DNA of 10,491 nucleotides from Desulfobacterales bacterium (GTDB lineage: Bacteria; Desulfobacterota; Desulfobacteria; Desulfobacterales; UBA5616): the NCBI GenBank assembly GCA_046483495.1, contig JAWODC010000007.1:1-10491 (forward strand), written 5' to 3'. Positions 1 to 5,660 of this stretch are shown here, piece after piece. A program made the translations under genes and the position numbers. Each line of letters starts with the position of its first letter. Position 1 is the stretch's first letter. Under the pieces are notes generated by a model that was not told the origin of the DNA, did not search any database, and saw only the letters and a list, made by a program, of their open reading frames with translations.

Positions 1-112
1 GCAGCCGACTCCAGCGTCCCACACCCAGGATTCGATGCTCCCCGTCGCCGGGGTCCCGGTAGTCCACCACCAGCGCCATCTCCCGGTCATAGTCCGTGAA
101 GCAGATCCGGGC
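1..112 (-). other. Foreign coding fragment resembling the C-terminal GNAT domain of Pat/YfiQ-type (ADP-forming acyl-CoA synthetase-GNAT) proteins, fused in frame to the MMPL N-terminus
   Basis: Manual translation from 112 down gives ARICFTDYDREMALVVDYRDPGDGEHRILGVGRWSRL. The RICFxDYDREMALV...ILGVGR pattern is recognised from Pat-family GNAT domains and is not MMPL sequence. Confidence 0.75.
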
Positions 113-142
113 CCCACCGACCAGGCCGGCCTGGTCGGTGGG
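113..142. repeat. Perfect 30-bp loopless palindrome CCCACCGACCAGGCC|GGCCTGGTCGGTGGG, extendable to 105-153 with a 3-nt bulge
   Basis: 113-127 is the exact reverse complement of 128-142. ATCCGGGC (105-112) also pairs with GCCCGGAT (146-153) across CAA (143-145). Confidence 0.95.
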
Positions 143-559
143 CAAGCCCGGATACATCACCGGCTCCATGGTGATGCCCCAGGCACTGACCTGGACGTTT
201 TTCAGCTTGGGATGGGTGATGGAGACGAGCTGCAGGGCATCGCATCCCTCGGTGGCCAGAAGCGCCTGGGTGATGCGGTCGATCTTGGCGATCGTCTCAA
301 CGGTATAGATGTCCCCTTCCTTGACTTCCACGGCGCATACCAGTACATTGGCGCTGCCGAACATCTTCCGGTACTCGTTGTAGAGTTCGATATAAGCGTG
401 CTTGGGGGGATACAGGGTAAAAAAATCCGTGGCTACCTTGAGATGGGCCACCTTATACCCGAAAAAAACCGTGATCAATGCAATGACCAGAAGGACCTTG
501 AAACGGTTTTCAAGTATCCATCGAACGTATTTTTCAATTGGATTGTTCTTTTCTTTCAT
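122..559 (-). CDS. MMPL/RND-family transporter, N-terminal 146 aa only (frame stays open to position 2 but turns into foreign sequence below ~121)
   Basis: Not in the ORF track. ATG at 559 with AAGGGG upstream, 12 nt after the YCF48-like stop. Translation: MKEKNNPIEKYVRWILENRFKVLLVIALITVFFGYKVAHLKVATDFFTLYPPKHAYIELYNEYRKMFGSANVLVCAVEVKEGDIYTVETIAKIDRITQALL...VSITHPKLKNVQVSAWGITMEPVMYPGLPTDQAGL. This is TM1 plus the start of the periplasmic domain typical of MMPL proteins. Confidence 0.85.
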
Positions 560-571
560 TCGAAAAACCCC

Positions 572-1546
572 TTACCAGGCGATCTGCCGCCGGTCGATTT
601 GAATATGGAGCCCATTCGAGCCGGCAACGAAACCCTTGCCGCTGCCGTCAAGCGCCAGCGCACAAATCCATGAAAGCTTGAATTCCATGGGCAATTGCAT
701 TTTCTCCCAGGTCTTGCCCCGGTCCGTCGTTCTCAATATCGTGCCCACATCGCCGACCGCCCAACCGGTCGACCCGTTAACGGCGATTGCATAAATGGAT
801 TCGGGATTGCTGTTGGACGCTTCATGCCACGTTTGCCCCTGATCTTCCGAATACAGGATAACGCCCTCGATGCCCCCGGCATACAGCACCCCTTCGTTGT
901 AGCAGCAGCTGAAAAGGCTCCGCCCTGCGCCTTCCGTGACCTTCTTCCATGTCTTCCCGCCGTCTTCGGTCATAAACACCATGCCGTATTCGCCGACGCT
1001 CCATCCCGTGCCTTCGTCCGTAAGCCGGGCGTCATAGAGGATGATGTCCTCTTCAAGGGACACGTCCTGCCAGGTGCGGCCCCCGTCGTCCGTGCAGAGA
1101 ATCAAACCCCAGTCCCCCACGGCGATCCCGTTTGTCGTGTCTGCAAAGTGAACGGCGAAGATGTCCTTTCCCTCGCCGCTGCGCTGCATTTCCCAATGCT
1201 TGCCGCCGTCTTCCGTGTGAAGGATGATCCCGTTGTTTCCGCCGATCCACCCTTTCTTCAGGCCGGCAAACGTTACCGAAAACAGGGGTTCCTGCGAGGG
1301 GCCCTCGACGGGGGTCCATGTTTTGCCCGCATCCGTCGATCGGTATATGGCGCCCCGCTGTCCTGCCATCAGCCGGATCTCATCCGTCAGGATGACGGCA
1401 TCGTAGATATTCTCCCGGATTTCATCGGGCTTTAGAACCTCGTCTTCCGCCGCACGGCTGAAAGGCAAAAACAGCATACCCGTTAACGTGAACATAGAGA
1501 GGAAAAGGAAGAATCGCACACCGGCGTGGACCTGTCGAATCTGCAT
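572..1546 (-). CDS. YCF48-like BNR/Asp-box beta-propeller protein, exported (324 aa)
   Basis: Six Asp-box repeats (STDAGKTW, TEDGGKHW, TDDGGRTW, TEDGGKTW, SEDQGQTW, TTDRGKTW) alternate with G[W/I]xVG.xG.I blades. Hydrophobic N-terminal signal ending ...FSRA. Start set at ATG 1546 because GGAG lies 7 nt upstream. The track's GTG at 1582 has no clear RBS. Confidence 0.88.
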   Translation of the reverse strand: MQIRQVHAGVRFFLFLSMFTLTGMLFLPFSRAAEDEVLKPDEIRENIYDAVILTDEIRLMAGQRGAIYRSTDAGKTWTPVEGPSQEPLFSVTFAGLKKGWIGGNNGIILHTEDGGKHWEMQRSGEGKDIFAVHFADTTNGIAVGDWGLILCTDDGGRTWQDVSLEEDIILYDARLTDEGTGWSVGEYGMVFMTEDGGKTWKKVTEGAGRSLFSCCYNEGVLYAGGIEGVILYSEDQGQTWHEASNSNPESIYAIAVNGSTGWAVGDVGTILRTTDRGKTWEKMQLPMEFKLSWICALALDGSGKGFVAGSNGLHIQIDRRQIAW

Positions 1547-1672
1547 GTTTATACTCCGAAATTGAGCGTTGCGGGCGCTCACTGCTTTTTAATCAAGTCC
1601 GGGGCAGGCGGATAACCGAAATGACTCCGGCACTATTTTACATAGAGAAGACGGAGGCTGCTCCGGATTACA

Positions 1673-2827
1673 CTAGGGTATATTTTCCAAAAACGCTTCT
1701 ATCCTGTTTTTGATTTGAGCTTCCGATGAAGCGGTATATTGGTGTTCGATATAAAGGGTCGGAATTCCCATGGAATCGAAAAACCCCTTCAATTCCGGCA
1801 CCTCGTACCCATGGGTGTCGCAGTATTTCATGGATTGAAGAATGACGCCGTCCGCTTTCCAATCGGTGACGAATTCCTTCAAATGACCGAAACGGGACAG
1901 CATGCATGCATCGTAGTCGCCGGTCGTGTCCCGAATGGTGCGCGGACAGTTGATGCCTTCCAGGTACCGCGCAGCAAGCCCGTCAAGGGGGTCTTCCGTG
2001 ATCTCGACATCGGCCCAGAAGTGACGGGACCCCACGCACATGTCGTCCATGACCACATGGGCGTCGAAGGCTTCGATGATATCGATAAGGTTCGTCTCGG
2101 TCAGGGGAGTACCCCAGAGAAAAATCCTCAGTTCCTTTTCGAGGGGACGCTGCCTGCGGATGCCCGCCCGGATGATCACGTCTTTCAAGAAGTGATTGCC
2201 GTCTTCAATGGGCAGGCTCATGAGTGCGACCATGGTCTTCAAAATTTCCGACCCGGTGATCAATGGAGGGTTTTGCTTTCGAAGCCCGTACAATTCCCGA
2301 ACCCGTTCACGCTGCCGATTGTGCAGACCGATTTCCCGGACCAGCCGTTCGTGATCCATTTTTTTCCCGGTATGGACTTCCAGGCTTTTCCGGAATATCG
2401 TCAACTTTTCTTTAAACTGCTCCAGCGCATTGTCCCGAACGACATGGGGAAGATCGATAAAGTGCTGATAGCGAACGGGCCACGTTTCTTTCCAGACGCG
2501 GAACAGCTTTTCTTCACAATCACAGGTATGCGCGGCAACGAAACCGTCCAGAAAGTCATACACCCCTTTGAACGCCAGGTCAAGACTCGATCGAATAAAG
2601 GGACAGACGACGGTGGGGATTTCCATATCGGCCTTGGTGACCGGTTCACGGCCGCACCCCAGGATGCGATACGGCACGTAATCCATGGCCGTGATCATCT
2701 CCAGCGGCGGATAGGAGCAATAATATCCCATGATGGGCCGGCCTTCGTTCTTGAACTGAAGGGCCGTCCGGCGCCTGTCTTCATACACCTCTTCGATTGC
2801 TTCAAAACCTGTCGCCTTATCTGCCAT
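1673..2827 (-). CDS. 2-hydroxyacyl-CoA dehydratase family, beta-type subunit (HgdB/FldC/HadC; related to BzdN), Fe-S protein, 384 aa
   Basis: Motifs GYYCSYPPLEMITA, VVCPFIRS, HTCDC, DDMCVGSR, KADGVILQSMKYCDTHGYE and the C-terminal QIKNRIEAFLE. RBS GGAAGGG upstream of the ATG. Confidence 0.88.
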   Translation of the reverse strand: MADKATGFEAIEEVYEDRRRTALQFKNEGRPIMGYYCSYPPLEMITAMDYVPYRILGCGREPVTKADMEIPTVVCPFIRSSLDLAFKGVYDFLDGFVAAHTCDCEEKLFRVWKETWPVRYQHFIDLPHVVRDNALEQFKEKLTIFRKSLEVHTGKKMDHERLVREIGLHNRQRERVRELYGLRKQNPPLITGSEILKTMVALMSLPIEDGNHFLKDVIIRAGIRRQRPLEKELRIFLWGTPLTETNLIDIIEAFDAHVVMDDMCVGSRHFWADVEITEDPLDGLAARYLEGINCPRTIRDTTGDYDACMLSRFGHLKEFVTDWKADGVILQSMKYCDTHGYEVPELKGFFDSMGIPTLYIEHQYTASSEAQIKNRIEAFLENIP

Positions 2828-2851
2828 CTGAAAATCCCTTCCTGTACTTCT

Positions 2852-4195
2852 TCACCACTCCAGGCCTTTGCGTCGCCTGACATCCCGATAGTGGTCCATC
2901 GCTTCCTCGAATGCCGGCGCATTTTCCAGAACGCCTTCCGGGTTGAAAACAGAAAAATCGACGATGTCCCCTTCCATGACGAATCCCGGTATGTCGAACA
3001 CATCCCTTAAAACATTCATGGTGTGCGTCAGCCAGAAGGTTCCGGTCCGGCAGCTGATCAGCGGATGGGCCACATACCCGTCGACCTGGTATTCCCGGGC
3101 CCAGTTTACATATCCCTGCACGGAATAGTCCGAGCACAGCGGATATTTTTTTTGTAAAGCCTTGATAAAATGACCCACCGTGAACCAGTAGGTCCAGCGA
3201 ACGAGCTTTTCGAGAACCGAACTCCCCGTTTCGATCATCAAGGGTTCGGGCGGATGGTATCCCTGGCTTTCGATGACGAAATTCCAGCCCCTTTGCGCGA
3301 GCGTTTCGAAAAAGCCCAGGCTGTGCCAGGGCGGCAGTTCGTTGAACATCAGCCGGTATTTTTCAGGGGAAACGGCCCCCGCCTGACGGTCCACCCGCCC
3401 TTTCACCTCGTCATACACCTTCCGGTAAAGCTTTACGGATTCCCTGTCCGTGGTCATGTAGTAATTGGGCACCATGAGGGTCCAGAAATCCCGGGAATGC
3501 ATGGGGCACGGCCGGCTTTTTCGGAGTTCATTGATTTCCCACCACAGGCGGAAAACCGCTTCCTGGGTATCCACCATTTCCTCGAGAAGATCGTAATCCA
3601 TCCGCTTGCCGGTCAGGTTTTCCAGGAACCGGATGAACCGTTCTATTTCCGTCACTTTATAGCGGATGTTGTCTGCATGGATGTCGGGACTGATGTTTTC
3701 CGTCAGGTCGTAATTGGGGGAATCGATGGTCCACATGGGGACGTGAAAGTATCGCCGCAGCGACTGAAACCATTTAAACCGGGTATCGCAGAGCAGCCCG
3801 GAGCCCAAAAGAAAATCAGGCTTCGGCATGCCGCCCATGGGCGCATCGGGCGGTATTTCGCCCAAACGGGTCATCTCCGCCGCATATCCCAAGCAGTTGC
3901 GTGAATAGCCGCACAGGTGGGACGGAAACCCCTCGGCATCGGAGAGCGCAAGATACTTCCGGGCAATGCCGGCCGAAGCACAGACGGTTCCGTAATTTTC
4001 AGGGTAGACCGGGGTAACGCCCAAGGCCCGCATAATGACGTCCCCCTCCCACCAGTTGACCATGCTCCATGCAACCGTACGGCCATCTGCAGCCGCCTTC
4101 AACCCTTCACCATAGAGTTTATTGACCAGCGGCCTCACGACATTTCGTGCATCGAGGCGATCGATACATTTTGCGGGGTGCTTGTCCGTTGCCAT
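2852..4195 (-). CDS. 2-hydroxyacyl-CoA dehydratase family, alpha-type subunit (HgdA/FldB/HadB; related to BzdO), Fe-S protein, 447 aa
   Basis: Motifs YPENYGTVCA, GFPSHLCGYSRN, GGMPKPDFLL..LLCDTRFKWFQ and HPLISCR give three spaced candidate [4Fe-4S] cysteines. Start set at ATG 4195 (MATDKHP), preceded by GAAAGGCGG. Confidence 0.88.
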   Translation of the reverse strand: MATDKHPAKCIDRLDARNVVRPLVNKLYGEGLKAAADGRTVAWSMVNWWEGDVIMRALGVTPVYPENYGTVCASAGIARKYLALSDAEGFPSHLCGYSRNCLGYAAEMTRLGEIPPDAPMGGMPKPDFLLGSGLLCDTRFKWFQSLRRYFHVPMWTIDSPNYDLTENISPDIHADNIRYKVTEIERFIRFLENLTGKRMDYDLLEEMVDTQEAVFRLWWEINELRKSRPCPMHSRDFWTLMVPNYYMTTDRESVKLYRKVYDEVKGRVDRQAGAVSPEKYRLMFNELPPWHSLGFFETLAQRGWNFVIESQGYHPPEPLMIETGSSVLEKLVRWTYWFTVGHFIKALQKKYPLCSDYSVQGYVNWAREYQVDGYVAHPLISCRTGTFWLTHTMNVLRDVFDIPGFVMEGDIVDFSVFNPEGVLENAPAFEEAMDHYRDVRRRKGLEW

Positions 4196-4286
4196 AAACC
4201 GCCTTTCACGAGCCATCGAAAATTTCGTAAAACGAACCATTTCCAACCGGAGGCAGGTTTCCCGCATCGGTTCACCTGGATCGAAT

Positions 4287-4312
4287 CGAAAAGAAGATTG
4301 CGAAAAGAAGAT
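4287..4312. repeat. Tandem direct repeat CGAAAAGAAGAT x2 (14-bp period) at the predicted transcription start
   Basis: Identical 12-mers at 4287-4298 and 4301-4312. Confidence 0.8.
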
Positions 4313-4322
4313 GATTCACTAT

Positions 4323-4339
4323 TGCAAATACCTTGCCAG
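4323..4339 (-). promoter_or_regulatory. Sigma54 (RpoN) -24/-12 promoter for the dehydratase operon, predicted TSS ~4312
   Basis: The minus strand reads CTGGCAAGGTATTTGCA, with GG-N10-GC spacing matching the consensus YTGGCACGRNNNTTGCW. It lies ~130 bp upstream of the alpha-subunit start, in the right orientation. Confidence 0.8.
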
Positions 4340-4342
4340 TTG

Positions 4343-4355
4343 CAATCCCTTGAAA
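4343..4355 (-). promoter_or_regulatory. Putative IHF site just upstream of the sigma54 promoter
   Basis: The minus strand reads TTTCAAGGGATTG, one mismatch from WATCAANNNNTTR. The position (about -31 to -43) is typical of sigma54 promoters. Confidence 0.5.
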
Positions 4356-4397
4356 TCACATGACTCCCTGTGGCGGGATGGATCATTTCCGCGATAT

Positions 4398-4429
4398 TTG
4401 AAAGAAAAAACTTTTATACTTGAAAGAAA
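4398..4429. promoter_or_regulatory. Candidate enhancer (bEBP UAS): TTGAAAGAAA x2, 22 bp apart
   Basis: Identical 10-mers at 4398-4407 and 4420-4429, about two helical turns apart, at roughly -86 to -117. The first forms the imperfect dyad TGAAAG-N6-CTTTTA. Confidence 0.45.
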
Positions 4430-4477
4430 GTGTATTTTCTGCAATAAGTGAAAGCCGTTCAGTTGTCGGAAAAAGAA

Positions 4478-4495
4478 ACCACGAAGCACGAAGAA
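4478..4495. repeat. 18-bp direct repeat ACCACGAAGCACGAAGAA, copy 1 (copy 2 at 4788-4805)
   Basis: Exact match between the two positions, with an internal CACGAAG unit. Confidence 0.9.
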
Positions 4496-4507
4496 AAGCA
4501 ACAAATA

Positions 4508-4587
4508 CAGTGGATCGTGTCTTTGTCCCCCATCCCGGCCTTCCCCCTCCGGGGGGGAAGGGGACATGTTGCGCCGCAAGTCCACTG
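4508..4587. repeat. Nested GC-rich palindromic element
   Basis: Outer arms CAGTGGA (4508-4514)/TCCACTG (4581-4587), middle arms TGTCCCC (4524-4530)/GGGGACA (4560-4566), and inner stem CCTTCCCCC (4539-4547)/GGGGGAAGG (4553-4561). Confidence 0.75.
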
Positions 4588-4720
4588 ATCGTAATGCACC
4601 TTTATTTGCAATAAGTAACTTAAAATGCCGTTCGCTTCCATACAGGGACGTTCTTAACATTTAAACTTTTACCTTCGTTGGGTTCTACAGCGATAGAAGA
4701 CGAACCCTGCTCCACTCCAA

Positions 4721-4771
4721 ATCGGGATCGGGATCGAAAATCAAAATAGAAAATTCGACCCCTATCCTGAT
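4721..4771. repeat. Hexamer-based (ATCGGG) imperfect inverted repeat
   Basis: ATCGGGATCGGGATCGAA (4721-4738) versus TTCGACCCCTATCCTGAT (4754-4771): 15 of 18 positions complementary, with a 15-nt A-rich spacer. Confidence 0.8.
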
Positions 4772-5023
4772 GAAACGCGTTTTTTTCACCACGAAGCACG
4801 AAGAACACGAAGATTTTTTTGCTTCCAGCAAAAAAGGTGGGCCGGCGCAAGCGGGCCTCCCGCAGCAGCGATCAGCCAAGGCGGAATTGTTATGATTCGT
4901 TTTGATTCGTGGACAATTTCTTCCTTATCGTGAGCGCAGCGAACGATCAGACAACCAATGGGGAAAGAGGACATGTCGCGCCGATTTGCTTCTGCCCCAA
5001 TGCCGTTTCTATCAAGTCGGCGC

Positions 5024-5048
5024 CGGCGGGGATTAACCCCGCCGCTAT
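5024..5048 (-). repeat. REP-like hairpin (GTAG-family-like, with ATAG foot)
   Basis: The minus strand reads ATAG-CGGCGGGG-TTAAT-CCCCGCCG: an 8-bp perfect stem preceded by a tetranucleotide one base from the GTAG of RAYT-associated REPs. Confidence 0.6.
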
Positions 5049-5194
5049 GGCGCACAGCCGCTGACGCGGATTATTTTTGACACGGATTTCCCCGGTGAAA
5101 CATAAAAAGACGGGTTTCACAGGGTCTAAAAAAGCTTTTTAAAATAGAACCGATCCCTAAAAGTTTAAATGTTAAGAACGTCCCTTTTTATTCC

Positions 5195-5587
5195 TCACTT
5201 CATCGCCAGAACCGGGCAGTCGCTGTTCAAAATAATGTAAGCGGCGACGGATCCCATCAACAGCTTACCGACCTGGGATCGTTTGCGAATCCCGATAACG
5301 ATGAGTTCCGCACCGAAAGCGTCCGCCTGTTTCAGCAGGTCCTTTTCAGGCTCCAAGCCCTCTATGGAAAGGCGCGTGGTGCAGCGGACTTTCTCGCCTT
5401 TGGCGTTTTCTTGGATGCGGGCCAGCTCCTGCCTCATCGTGTCGACTTCCTTCTGATGAAACCGGTCTTCCGTATACATGGAAGACACCACCAGAACCTC
5501 CGCACCCCATTTTTTGGCCAGGGCCATCCCCTTTTCGACCGCGATTTTCGACGGATTCTTGCCGTCATAGCAAATCATGATTTTCAT
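5195..5587 (-). CDS. Universal stress protein (Usp family), 130 aa
   Basis: N-terminal MKIMICYDG and C-terminal ELIVIGIRKRSQVGKLLMGSVAAYIILNSDCPVL are Usp hallmarks. Start set at ATG 5587 because the track's 15-aa extension runs through a hairpin. Confidence 0.9.
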   Translation of the reverse strand: MKIMICYDGKNPSKIAVEKGMALAKKWGAEVLVVSSMYTEDRFHQKEVDTMRQELARIQENAKGEKVRCTTRLSIEGLEPEKDLLKQADAFGAELIVIGIRKRSQVGKLLMGSVAAYIILNSDCPVLAMK

Positions 5588-5606
5588 CTTCCCACTTCCC
5601 GCTGAA

Positions 5607-5633
5607 CGTGACGGGCCGCTGGGGCCCATCACG
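5607..5633 (-). other. Intergenic stem-loop between the DUF1329 and Usp genes (mRNA-stabilising element or weak terminator)
   Basis: Minus-strand RNA CGUGAUGGGCC-CCAGC-GGCCCGUCACG forms an 11-bp stem with one G-U pair. Only UU follows it, so there is no proper U-tract. Confidence 0.55.
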
Positions 5634-5660
5634 CATCATACAATTCCGTACGTATCATAT

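Larger units (their letters stand above)
4644..5185. mobile_element. MITE-like non-autonomous element, 542 bp, with perfect 28-bp terminal inverted repeats
   Basis: AGGGACGTTCTTAACATTTAAACTTTTA (4644-4671) is the exact reverse complement of TAAAAGTTTAAATGTTAAGAACGTCCCT (5158-5185). A subterminal inverted motif GGTTCTA (4681-4687)/TAGAACC (5145-5151) is also present. No credible ORF inside and no target-site duplication seen. Confidence 0.8.

Noticed and set aside
1..559. A genuine 783-aa MMPL formed by joining position 1 directly to 10491 (the frame happens to be preserved)
   Set aside because: Frame continuity has a 1-in-3 chance, the window ends share no terminal overlap, and the bridging ~40 aa are fold-back and GNAT-derived rather than MMPL.
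1547..1672. Small hairpins between the beta subunit and YCF48 genes (1563-1581, 1652-1665) as terminators
   Set aside because: The stems are only 5-6 bp and lack a convincing U-tract on the coding strand.
1673..4195. Calling the pair benzoyl-CoA reductase BzdO/BzdN
   Set aside because: They belong to the same superfamily, but no BzdP/Q, ferredoxin or ring-cleavage genes are nearby. Specificity cannot be assigned without a phylogeny.
4196..4267. 24-aa N-terminal extension of the dehydratase alpha subunit
   Set aside because: There is no RBS at 4267, while ATG 4195 has a purine-rich RBS and gives a family-typical length.
4240..4275. c-di-GMP-I riboswitch-like words (GGGAAACC, GCCUCCGG) in the dehydratase leader
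   Set aside because: The intervening P2 stem and GCAAA linker are absent, so only a small hairpin can be supported.
35..4363. Long plus-strand ORFs (35-673, 695-1435, 1739-3010, 3170-3904, 3917-4363)
   Set aside because: They are antisense shadows of well-supported minus-strand genes in GC-rich DNA and show no recognisable motifs.
4122..5055. Short ORFs in the intergenic and MITE region (for example 4319-4660, 4620-4850, 4786-5055)
   Set aside because: They are translations of repeats and hairpins, lack RBSs or transposase motifs, and several cross element boundaries.
4440..5185. CRISPR array or integron attC array
   Set aside because: Repeats occur only twice with irregular spacing, there are no constant-length spacers or cassette ORFs, and no cas or intI gene is present.
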